In this document: positions 32,979 to 41,720 of the stretch, piece after piece | Layout: the number at the start of each line of letters is the position of its first letter | Position numbering within the stretch: position 1 is the stretch's first letter | Source: a virus | Lineage: Duplodnaviria; Caudoviricetes | Virus record (IMG/VR): IMGVR_UViG_3300034788_000438 | Span: 1-51,454 of that record | DNA length: 51,454 nt | Strand: one strand, 5' to 3' | Notes under the pieces: generated by a model | What the model saw: the letters and a program-made list of their open reading frames with translations, nothing else | The model's database searches: none | Told to the model about the DNA's origin: nothing | Program-made: the position numbers and the translations under genes

Positions 32979-34622
32979 ATGCCTAGCGTCTCGGAGATTA
33001 TGATTAAGCAGAGCGAGATGGAGGCTCTGCGAGGGAATTGGGAAAGCCTGTGGGAAGGTGTTGCACAGCTTGTGCTACCCCGCTCCGATGACTTCCGCAA
33101 GAAGCACTCCCCAGGCACGCAGCGAAACCAGCAGCAATACGATGCGTTTCCTATGCAGGCGCTCGACAAGTTCGCAGCAGCTATTGAAGCGGGGCTTATG
33201 CCGCGTAACGCGCTGTGGCACAGCCTGAGTACAGGCGACGATGAGCTTGACGAAAACCACGAAGTGAAGATCTATCTTGAGGAATTGAACCAGCTTCTGT
33301 GGGATACGCGTTACAGTCCGCGCGCCAACTTTGCCAGTCAAGCGCATGAAAACCGCATTAACATCGGAGCATTTGGCACCGGTGCATTTCTGATTGAGTC
33401 ACAGGAAGATGGCAACGGCGTTCAGTACAAGGCAATTCACCTCAGCGAGCTATTCATTGCATCCAACTGGATGGGATTGATTGACGTGGTGCACCGCAAG
33501 TTTGACCTTACAGCGCGTCAGGCCATGCAGTTGTTTGGCAAGGACACGCCGGAAAAAATCCGCCACAAGTTTGAAACCGGTGGTGTGCATGAAAAGTTTG
33601 AGTTTTTGCACGCGGTAATGCCGCGCGAGGACTACGACAAAGAAGCCGTTGATGACCGTGGCAAGCGGTTTGTTGGCGTCTATATCTTCGTTGAGGGCCA
33701 GCAGAAGGTGCGCGAGGAGGGCTATTACGAAATGCCCTACACCGTGTCTCGATACTCTGTGTCGATCCGCGAGAACTATGGCCGCTCCCCAGCAATTCAG
33801 CTTTTGCCTGACATCTCCATGCTTAACGAGATGCGCCGCACCACGATTGAGGCGGCGAACATGGCGGTTGATCCGCCGACGCTGCTTTACGATGACGGGA
33901 TTAGCGAGTTTGACCTAACACCAGGTGCGCGGAACTACGGCGCGCTTGATGAGCAAGGTCGCCCACTGGCTGCGCCGTGGAACCCAGGTGTGAACGTTGG
34001 GCTTGGCCTTGAGATGATCAGCGACACACGCAACCAGATTGATGATGGGTTCATGGGGATTTACTTCCGCGTCCTGATCGAGAACCCGCAAATGACAGCC
34101 ACGCAGGCGCTTCTTATTGCACAGCAGCAGGGGCAAATGTCAGCTCCGGTAATTGGTCGCTTGCAGACAGAGTGGCTTGGGCCAATGATCCGGCGCGAAA
34201 GTGCAATCCTCTATCGTCAGGGCAAACACCCGCAAATGCCGGAAATCCTTCGTGAGCGCATTGCATCGACTGGCAAGGGCGTAAACATTGAATACGTGTC
34301 GCCACTGACCCGCGCTGCGCGTTCGGAAGAGGCTGTGGCTATTCTTCGCACATTCGAAACGCTGGCCCCAATCGCACAGATTGACCCGACTGTGTATGAT
34401 CAGTTTGACACTAAAGAGGTGGCGCGTATTGTTTCTGAGGTTAATGGCGTTCCAGCTAAGGCACTGAAAGACCCGTCGCAAGTTGAGGCAGAGGAAGACC
34501 AGCAGGCAGCACAAGCGGCCATGGGCGCAATACTTGATGCCGCACCAGTTGCAGCCGACACAGCCAAAACGCTGGCGGAAGCGCAGGCAGCATCACAACA
34601 ACCAGCACCGGTGGCTAGCTAA
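32979..34622 (+). CDS. portal (head-tail connector) protein
   Basis: 547 aa; FGTGA, ENYGRSPA, MTATQ motifs of T7 gp8/BPP-1-type portals. Confidence 0.92.
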   Translation: MPSVSEIMIKQSEMEALRGNWESLWEGVAQLVLPRSDDFRKKHSPGTQRNQQQYDAFPMQALDKFAAAIEAGLMPRNALWHSLSTGDDELDENHEVKIYLEELNQLLWDTRYSPRANFASQAHENRINIGAFGTGAFLIESQEDGNGVQYKAIHLSELFIASNWMGLIDVVHRKFDLTARQAMQLFGKDTPEKIRHKFETGGVHEKFEFLHAVMPREDYDKEAVDDRGKRFVGVYIFVEGQQKVREEGYYEMPYTVSRYSVSIRENYGRSPAIQLLPDISMLNEMRRTTIEAANMAVDPPTLLYDDGISEFDLTPGARNYGALDEQGRPLAAPWNPGVNVGLGLEMISDTRNQIDDGFMGIYFRVLIENPQMTATQALLIAQQQGQMSAPVIGRLQTEWLGPMIRRESAILYRQGKHPQMPEILRERIASTGKGVNIEYVSPLTRAARSEEAVAILRTFETLAPIAQIDPTVYDQFDTKEVARIVSEVNGVPAKALKDPSQVEAEEDQQAAQAAMGAILDAAPVAADTAKTLAEAQAASQQPAPVAS

Positions 34623-34909
34623 TGAGCAATCAAAGCGCACGGGCGCAGCAGAAGCTTGACCTGATCCGGTCCTATCGTTCCATCTTCTGCAATGAGAAGG
34701 GCGAGCTAACGCCAGATGCGGAAGCGGTGTTGCGTGACCTTGAGAAGGAGTGCGGGTGGATGCCCAAAGCGCTTCCAACCATTTCCACCGGCGCTATTGA
34801 CCCAATCCGCATTGCTGCAGACACAGAAAAGCGCCGCGTATATGCCCACATTCGAGCCATGCTATTTGGCGACGTTATGCACCTTCGTCGCACAACTGAG
34901 GGCGAGTAG
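34622..34909 (+). CDS. Bbp19-like protein
   Basis: YRSIF...AEAVLRDL...EKRRVYAHI between portal and scaffold. Confidence 0.7.
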   Translation: MSNQSARAQQKLDLIRSYRSIFCNEKGELTPDAEAVLRDLEKECGWMPKALPTISTGAIDPIRIAADTEKRRVYAHIRAMLFGDVMHLRRTTEGE

Positions 34910-34951
34910 CTTTCAGCTTTTTAGGTGCCTCAACTGAAAGGACAAGACCAA

Positions 34952-35797
34952 ATGTCAGATGACGTAAACGCGGCCCCCGATGTGGGCCAAGCCGCACCAG
35001 CCCCAGAGGCTGCGCCCGTTCCGGCGGCTGCACCTGTGGCAGAAGGCGCGGCACCTGCGAATTGGTTTGATGGCTTCGAGAACTCGGAGCTTAAGGGCTA
35101 TGTTGAAACCAAGGGGTTTTCTAACCCAGAAGCATTGGCAAGCAGCTACCAAAACCTTGAGAAGCTGCGTGGCGTACCGGCGGAGCAGTTACTGCAACTG
35201 CCTTCCGACTTGACGGACGCTAACGCAATGGCCCCCGTCTATGAGCGCTTGGGTCGCCCAGAGACAGCCGAGAGTTACACCAACGTGCTTGGTGACAGCT
35301 TTGATGATGGCGTGTTTAAGAATGTTGCGGCGCAGGCTCACCAGCTTGGCCTTGGCGATGCACAGTTTCAGGGCCTGCAAAAAATCATGGCAGAGCAATC
35401 CGCCGCCGTGCTTGAAGCGCAGGAGGTCGAGACAGCTGAGGCATTTGACAAGTGGAAGTCCGAGAACGAACAGGGCTTTCAGAATGCCGCAAAGGTTATG
35501 TCCGATGTTGGCATGAGCGAAGAGAACCTTGAGCTTCTACTCTCTGGCGACAAGACAGCGCTGTATGGCTTCCTTGCGCAGATTGGCGAGCGCTCCGGTG
35601 AACCCAACGTGATCCAGGGTGAAAGTCCGCGCGGTGAAGGGTTTGGCATGACACCCACAGCAGCCAAGCAAAAGATCAACGAGTTGATGGCTGACAAGAC
35701 ATTCCAGGAGCAATACTACTCGGACAACAAGAAGGTTCGCGCCGAGGCAATTTCCCGCATGACCGCGCTGCATGAAGCAGCAGCGAAGCAAGGTTAA
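34952..35797 (+). CDS. capsid scaffolding protein
   Basis: Acidic, Ala/Pro-rich N-terminus; LASSYQNLEKL; LGRPETAESY. Confidence 0.8.
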   Translation: MSDDVNAAPDVGQAAPAPEAAPVPAAAPVAEGAAPANWFDGFENSELKGYVETKGFSNPEALASSYQNLEKLRGVPAEQLLQLPSDLTDANAMAPVYERLGRPETAESYTNVLGDSFDDGVFKNVAAQAHQLGLGDAQFQGLQKIMAEQSAAVLEAQEVETAEAFDKWKSENEQGFQNAAKVMSDVGMSEENLELLLSGDKTALYGFLAQIGERSGEPNVIQGESPRGEGFGMTPTAAKQKINELMADKTFQEQYYSDNKKVRAEAISRMTALHEAAAKQG

Positions 35798-35811
35798 GGA
35801 GACTATTGAAA

Positions 35812-35991
35812 ATGACAGGTAGAGAAGTTAGAATGCGTTGCATCGAAGCTCTGTGTGATGGCGGTATGCATGACCCGCAACGGCTCATCAAAGGCGCAGA
35901 GCAACTCGAAGCCTGGGTTTTAAGTGCTGAAGAGGACAAGGAGCAAACCCCCTCTAAGCGTGGACGCCCAAAGAACGCGGACAAGGTCTAA
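35812..35991 (+). CDS. hypothetical protein
   Basis: AAGGAG RBS; KRGRPK tail. Confidence 0.6.
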   Translation: MTGREVRMRCIEALCDGGMHDPQRLIKGAEQLEAWVLSAEEDKEQTPSKRGRPKNADKV

Positions 35992-36108
35992 CGCCCCCGC
36001 TTAACGCCGTGACAAAGAACGGGGCTAACAGAGCCTAAAACTGCAGAGTTGGCCCCGATCTGGACAAGCCGCGTCTCGTTTGAGTGAAACCAAACAGGAG
36101 ATACGGCA

Positions 36109-37011
36109 ATGACCGTGAATATTCCTACCCATTTTGTGGAGCAGTACACCACCAACGTGGCTCACCTGCTCCAGATCCAAGGCGGCAAGCTGCGCGCTTC
36201 CGTCTCCGAAGACAGCCACATTGGTGATGCTGCAGTGCCAGTTGACCAGTATGGTGCGGTTGAGATGCAAGAGGTCACAGGGCGCTTTCAGCCTATGGGC
36301 CGTGTTGATGCCAGCCTCGATCGTCGCTGGGTGTATCCAGTGGACTACGATTTGCCTCAGATGGTTGACAGCTTCGACAAGCTGCGTCTGATGGTGGACC
36401 CGCAGGGCCCGCTGGCACAAGCCGCTGTGAAAGGCGCTGCACGTCAGATTGACCGCATCATCTTTGATGCTTTCTTTGCTGATGCACGCACTGGCCGCTC
36501 TGGTGGAACCACTGAAGCCTTTGACACTGCCAACTTCCAAGTTGCAGCGGACACTGGCGCAGCGGCTGACACTGGCCTGAACGTTGACAAGATCATCGAA
36601 GCCAAGCGCATCATGGAAGATGCCAACGTTGACTTTGAGCTTGAGGGCGATCCTTACATGGCGATTACCCCAACTCAGCACGCTGACTTGCTGCGCCAAA
36701 CTCAGGTGATCAATACGGACTATTTTACCAAGATGGGCAGTCAGCCTGTTTTGGTTGATGGTCGTGTAACCAGCTTCTGTGGTGTTAACATCATCGTGTC
36801 CAACCTTGTTGAGGCTGATGCAACTTACCGCCGCGTCCCTATGTGGGTGAAGTCCGGTATGCACCTCGGCACCTGGAAAGATGTAACCGCGCGCGTTGAT
36901 GATCGCCCAGACATCAAGGGCGTTCCTTACCAACTCTACACATGCTTGACTATGGGTGCTACGCGCCTTGAGCAAGGTCGTGTTGTAGAAATTCAGTGCT
37001 TGGAGGCATAA
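36109..37011 (+). CDS. major capsid protein
   Basis: 300 aa; FVEQYTTNVAHLLQIQGGKLR...MGATRLEQGRVVEI. Confidence 0.9.
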   Translation: MTVNIPTHFVEQYTTNVAHLLQIQGGKLRASVSEDSHIGDAAVPVDQYGAVEMQEVTGRFQPMGRVDASLDRRWVYPVDYDLPQMVDSFDKLRLMVDPQGPLAQAAVKGAARQIDRIIFDAFFADARTGRSGGTTEAFDTANFQVAADTGAAADTGLNVDKIIEAKRIMEDANVDFELEGDPYMAITPTQHADLLRQTQVINTDYFTKMGSQPVLVDGRVTSFCGVNIIVSNLVEADATYRRVPMWVKSGMHLGTWKDVTARVDDRPDIKGVPYQLYTCLTMGATRLEQGRVVEIQCLEA

Positions 37012-37013
37012 TC

Positions 37014-37517
37014 ATGGCTGACCTGAATTCCACCCTGATTTCGAACCGCGCGGCCACCCCGCGCGTTGCGAATGAACCATGGACCAACGCCAAGGTGAAA
37101 ACCACTGGCCCTGGCCAGCTAGAAGTTTCGACTGCAGAAGACGCGGGCGACATTTTGACCTTCTTCGAGATTCAATCGAATGCGGTTGTGAATGGCGTGT
37201 TTGTGTCTTCGGATGCAGCGATCACTTCTGGCGCAATGGATGTTGGCATCTACCAGACCGCAGACAATGGCGGCGCGGTGGTTGACGCGGATTTCTTTGC
37301 ATCTGCATTGGCAGTAGGCGCGGGCCTCACCAAGCAGGACGTAACTCACGAGAGTGGCGTTTACGGCATCGAAGACCGCGATAAGCCGCTGTGGGAAGCT
37401 CTGGGCCTGACTGAAGACCCGCAGGTTTCCTACGTTGTTGCTGGCACAGTGACCACTGACATGGGCGCAACTGGCACCATCGTGTGCGAAGCGCTCTATG
37501 TGGATGGCGGTGCGTAA
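37014..37517 (+). CDS. capsid decoration/cement protein
   Basis: Beta-rich acidic protein after the MCP; GGAGG RBS. Confidence 0.65.
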   Translation: MADLNSTLISNRAATPRVANEPWTNAKVKTTGPGQLEVSTAEDAGDILTFFEIQSNAVVNGVFVSSDAAITSGAMDVGIYQTADNGGAVVDADFFASALAVGAGLTKQDVTHESGVYGIEDRDKPLWEALGLTEDPQVSYVVAGTVTTDMGATGTIVCEALYVDGGA

Positions 37518-37717
37518 TGGCGGTTCGCTACTACGGCGTGGCTGTTGGGGGGCAGAATCCTCCCAACGTCACCATCTCTGCAAGTACCACAGGCGAAGAC
37601 ATTGAGCTTGCGGTAGATGACACCAACCTTGCAGCCGGTAGCATCGACAAACGTCTCTTTGTGGAAATCGCCATTCAGGCTATTCTACAGGCGGTAAACG
37701 AAGACACCGGACTTTGA
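37517..37717 (+). CDS. small virion protein
   Basis: MAVRYYGVAVG...; TAATG coupling. Confidence 0.6.
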   Translation: MAVRYYGVAVGGQNPPNVTISASTTGEDIELAVDDTNLAAGSIDKRLFVEIAIQAILQAVNEDTGL

Positions 37718-37721
37718 CGCT

Positions 37722-37750
37722 AGGCCGTCCCTTCGGGGGCGGTTTCCTCT
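37722..37750 (+). terminator. post-capsid terminator with cUUCGg loop
   Basis: AGGCCGTCCC-TTCG-GGGGCGGTTT. Confidence 0.7.
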
Positions 37751-37764
37751 ATTAGGTGAATTAG

Positions 37765-38388
37765 ATGGCCTCTGAAGTAGACATTGCAAACCGTGCGCTC
37801 TCCATGCTTGGGGATGACCGGATCACATCACTTAACGACAACAACAAGCCCGCTCGCGCTATGAAGGCGCGCTTTGATCTTTTGCGCGATGCTGAATTGT
37901 CAGCATATCCTTGGCGCTTTGCGGTCAAGCGAGTGCAGTTGCCAGCCACTACGGAAACGCCTGAGTGGGGCTATAGCTTCATTTACGAGCGTCCAGTTGA
38001 TGACGTGCGGCCAATCGCAGTTGACAGCCAGCCAATCAACTCACAGACAATCGGGATTTACTATACAGACAGCGGCTATTCGCGGGGGCAATCTCAATAT
38101 GAAATCATTGAAGGGCGGATTGAGAGCGACATACCGGCACCGTTGGATTATGAGTATATCGCTAGGATCACGGACACGGGACAGTTTGATCCGCTCTTTG
38201 TTGAAGCGCTCGCCGCGCGTCTAGCTGAAGATGCAGCCGAAGAGTTGACGCAGAGCAACAGCAAAAAAGAATACGCGGCCAAGAAATACGAAATGGCGCT
38301 CTCGCAAGCCCGCCGCGTTAATTCGCTATATCGACCACCACGCCTTAAGGTCGATGGCGCATGGATGCAGTCGCGCGTGAGGTACTAA
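37765..38388 (+). CDS. tail adaptor (tubular protein A, gp11-like)
   Basis: DIANRALSMLG, PWRFAVKR, FDPLFVEALAARLA. Confidence 0.88.
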   Translation: MASEVDIANRALSMLGDDRITSLNDNNKPARAMKARFDLLRDAELSAYPWRFAVKRVQLPATTETPEWGYSFIYERPVDDVRPIAVDSQPINSQTIGIYYTDSGYSRGQSQYEIIEGRIESDIPAPLDYEYIARITDTGQFDPLFVEALAARLAEDAAEELTQSNSKKEYAAKKYEMALSQARRVNSLYRPPRLKVDGAWMQSRVRY

Positions 38389-38392
38389 CGGA

Positions 38393-40837
38393 ATGGCTAA
38401 AGCAAGCCCGATAATCAGCGCGCTAAACGCGGGCGAATGGACAAAGCTTTTAGATGGGCGCACGGATATTCAGGGTTATCCGGCGTCTTCAAGCGTTCTT
38501 GAAAACTTTATTCCAAGCATCCAGGGGCCAATCATTCGCCGCGCAGGGTCTCGGTTCGTGCGCACCACTAAGCTTGGCGGCGCGTCAAAGGTAAGGCTTA
38601 TTCCGTTTGTTAAGTCGCGCAATGATGCGTTGCAGTTGGAATTTGGGGACGGTTATGTGCGCTTTTATCAGGGTACGTTCCCTGTGGTATCAGGGACAGC
38701 GCAGACAATCACAGGCGTGACGCTGGCAGACCCTGTGGTCATTACGTCCGTAGGGCATGGATACTCCAACGGTGACGAGGTGTTGGTTCGGAATGTGACG
38801 GGGACATTTCAGCTAAATAACCGATGGTTCATTGTCTCCAATGCAACGGCGAACACCTATGAGCTTACAACCATCCACGGGGAGGATGTGGATGGCACCG
38901 ACTACACCGCCTATGTATCGGGTGGCGAGACAGACACCCCTTATGAGATTTCTTCGCCATACACAGCAGCGCAGCTTGAGGATAGCTTCGGGCTTGATTT
39001 TGTGCAGTCTGGCGATGTGTTGTTTATTACTGATCGTGCAGGCGCTCTTGAGCCGCGCACTTTGTCGCGCTTCGGCACTGTGAATTGGCAGTTTGACACC
39101 TTTGATCCTGATGGCGGCCCTTGGCTCCCAATCAACGCAACGAGCACTGATATTTACTCCAGCGCCGCGACAGGCACCGTAACGCTAACCGCAAGCTCAT
39201 CCATTTTCTCTGCTGGGGATGTGGGTAGCCTAATTCGCCTGGACCAGGAAAACATCACCGCAACAAACGTTTGGGAGACAGGCACCGCCTACACGGCTGG
39301 GGATTACGTGCGATCTGAGGGCAAGGAATACGTTGCCGCGACATCTGGCACTTCAGGGACGTCAATTCCCGCCCACACCACCGGCACAGTGACAGATGGC
39401 GGCGTTGAGTGGACCTACACAAGCTCTGGCTACGGGATTGCACGCATTACGGCGCAGGGTGGGACGACAGCGACAGCAACGGTACTGACGCGATTCCCGC
39501 AAACGGTCATTGGGTCAGGAAATGCAACGACACTTTGGCGCAAGGGGGCGTGGTCTGACGCTAACGGCTACCCCACAAATGTTACGTTCTTCCGAGAGCG
39601 TTTGTGTTTCGGCGGCGGTCAAACTGTTTGGATGAGTGTTGTCGGGGACTTCTACAACTTTGCCATTGATGATTTTGGCGAAGTCCTTACGGAGAGTGCA
39701 ATCACCGTTGATGTTCAATCCTCAGAGGCCAATAAGATTGTTGGCTTGACTGAGGGTTCGGCCCTGATTGTCAATACTATCGGCACTGAGTTTACGATTG
39801 ACGCACAGACCACTACCACACCACTTGGCCCGAATAACCTGCGCGTGATTAAACAAACCAGCTATGGCGCGGCACCGATTCGACCTATTCGGGTTGGGGA
39901 AAGCGTCCTGTTCCTGCAGGCATCTCAGCGCAAAATGCGCTCCATGCAATTCGAGTTTCAGGTTGACAACTACGTTGCGCCAGATGTGACGGTGCGTGCC
40001 GCAGAAATTCTAGGGCGCGGCATCGTTCAAATGACAAGGCAGGAGGAACCGTACCAAACCATTTGGGGTGCCCGTGAAGATGGGCAATTGCTTTCCTTTG
40101 CTTTTGACCAAAATCAGCAGGTGCGTGCCTGGGCGCGGCATTTGCTTGGTGGAAATGGGGTGGTCGAAAGCGTTTCTTCCATTCCGTCAGATGACGGGGC
40201 AAGGGATCAGGTGTGGGTTGTCGTGAAGCGGACCATCAATGGTGGTACGCGTCGATATATTGAGTACCTACAGGCGGAGCTTGGGGCGCTTGATGAGCAA
40301 GAGGATGCGATGTACGCGGACAGCATGCGGACTTATGATAGCGTGCCAACAACTACTTTCTATGGGTTTGATCACCTTGAAGGCGAGACTGTGGGTGTCC
40401 TTGCTGATGGGGCCTCAATCGCTGACAAAGTTGTCTCAAATGGCCGCGTAATAATTACGGAGGGGGCTGCCAGTGTCGCGCAGATTGGCTACCGGTATAA
40501 GTCCATCTATCAAAGCAACCGTATTGATGCGGGTGCGCAGGACGGAACGTCTCAGGCAAAAACGAAGCGAATTACAGATTGCGCTTGGCGGGTAATTAAC
40601 TCTCTTGGCGGTGAGGCCGGACCGTCCTCTGATAAGCTTGATGAAATTCGAGATTTGAACTACCGACAGCCAGCCACGCCGATGGGGTCACCACCGCCTT
40701 TATTTACTGGTGATGCTCTTTTGCCGTGGCCTGGAGGTTATGAAACTGACGGTTATCTTCGCTTTGAGACAGATGCGATGTATCCTGTTATCATTGCTGC
40801 GGTTCTTCCGCAGGTGGTTACTCAGGAGGCACGATGA
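38393..40837 (+). CDS. tail nozzle (tubular protein B, gp12-like) with FCCH-like and CBM-like insertions
   Basis: 814 aa; LNAGEW, GPIIRRAG, YPTNVTFFRERL, RAWARH. Confidence 0.88.
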   Translation: MAKASPIISALNAGEWTKLLDGRTDIQGYPASSSVLENFIPSIQGPIIRRAGSRFVRTTKLGGASKVRLIPFVKSRNDALQLEFGDGYVRFYQGTFPVVSGTAQTITGVTLADPVVITSVGHGYSNGDEVLVRNVTGTFQLNNRWFIVSNATANTYELTTIHGEDVDGTDYTAYVSGGETDTPYEISSPYTAAQLEDSFGLDFVQSGDVLFITDRAGALEPRTLSRFGTVNWQFDTFDPDGGPWLPINATSTDIYSSAATGTVTLTASSSIFSAGDVGSLIRLDQENITATNVWETGTAYTAGDYVRSEGKEYVAATSGTSGTSIPAHTTGTVTDGGVEWTYTSSGYGIARITAQGGTTATATVLTRFPQTVIGSGNATTLWRKGAWSDANGYPTNVTFFRERLCFGGGQTVWMSVVGDFYNFAIDDFGEVLTESAITVDVQSSEANKIVGLTEGSALIVNTIGTEFTIDAQTTTTPLGPNNLRVIKQTSYGAAPIRPIRVGESVLFLQASQRKMRSMQFEFQVDNYVAPDVTVRAAEILGRGIVQMTRQEEPYQTIWGAREDGQLLSFAFDQNQQVRAWARHLLGGNGVVESVSSIPSDDGARDQVWVVVKRTINGGTRRYIEYLQAELGALDEQEDAMYADSMRTYDSVPTTTFYGFDHLEGETVGVLADGASIADKVVSNGRVIITEGAASVAQIGYRYKSIYQSNRIDAGAQDGTSQAKTKRITDCAWRVINSLGGEAGPSSDKLDEIRDLNYRQPATPMGSPPPLFTGDALLPWPGGYETDGYLRFETDAMYPVIIAAVLPQVVTQEAR

Positions 40838-41256
40838 ACTTTATTCCGCTCAAAGCAGAACATGTTGCAAAACTTGGCCCTCTTGAGCCAATTCATGGGG
40901 GCTATGAGGTTACACCAGAAATGGCTGTTACTCTTGAGGAATTGGGCGGAACGGCTGCAGTTGACGATGATGGATCTGTAGTGGGTATTGCTGGGATATT
41001 GCCGCGATGGGATGGCGTCGGCCTAGCTTGGGTCTGGCTGTCTCGAAGTTGGCGGAAGCATGCGCGGGCGATTACTGATGAAGTAAAGCGCACAGTTGAG
41101 GGAGCGCCTTATCATAGAATTGAGATGGGCGTAAAACTTGGTTATGATCGAGGAGAGGCTTGGGCGCGGCGCTTGGGGTTCTGCCTTGAAACGCCACTGG
41201 CTAGAAAATGGGGGCCTGATGGGAGTGATTACTCCATCTGGGTACGGTGTAAATAA
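40834..41256 (+). CDS. GNAT-like protein (T7 gp13 position)
   Basis: GEAWARRLGF acetyltransferase-like motif; between nozzle and ejection genes. Confidence 0.7.
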   Translation: MNFIPLKAEHVAKLGPLEPIHGGYEVTPEMAVTLEELGGTAAVDDDGSVVGIAGILPRWDGVGLAWVWLSRSWRKHARAITDEVKRTVEGAPYHRIEMGVKLGYDRGEAWARRLGFCLETPLARKWGPDGSDYSIWVRCK

Positions 41257-41720
41257 TGGCTGAATTATTGCTCGCAGTAGGCGCAGGCGCCAAGACCGTT
41301 TCAACGATTGCCACAATTGCTGAAATTGCAGCCCCAGTTCTTGCGGTTGGGGGTGCCGTTCAGGGCATTCAGGAAGCCAAGGCGCAGGAGGCAGAGTTTG
41401 AGCGTGAGGCCACGGAAAGCCGCCTTATGGCTGGTATTGAGGCCGAGCGTATGCGGCGAGATGCGCGGCAAAGGCAATCAGCAGAGCGCGCGGCGTTTAT
41501 TGAGGGTGGCGCATACTCAGGCACGGCGCAGGGGGTTCTTCAGCAAAATGAAGTTGCGCAAGAGCTTGATGCGCTGACAGTTGAGTTTCAGGGCGAGCAA
41601 CGTGGGCGTGGTGCAGAATTTGCGGCAAGTCAGGCGGCGCGCGCGGCTTCTCCGCTGAATGTATTCAGTGCGGCGGTTGGTGGCTTTAATGATTTTGATC
41701 CTTTGAACGTGGGGAACTGA
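41256..41720 (+). CDS. ejection protein, gp14-like, cassette B
   Basis: 154 aa; hydrophobic N-terminus plus A/Q/E helix. Confidence 0.7.
   Translation: MAELLLAVGAGAKTVSTIATIAEIAAPVLAVGGAVQGIQEAKAQEAEFEREATESRLMAGIEAERMRRDARQRQSAERAAFIEGGAYSGTAQGVLQQNEVAQELDALTVEFQGEQRGRGAEFAASQAARAASPLNVFSAAVGGFNDFDPLNVGN

Noticed and set aside
36025-36975. 316-aa antisense ORF over the capsid gene
   Set aside because: Shadow ORF expected from codon bias of a highly expressed gene; no RBS or recognisable motif.
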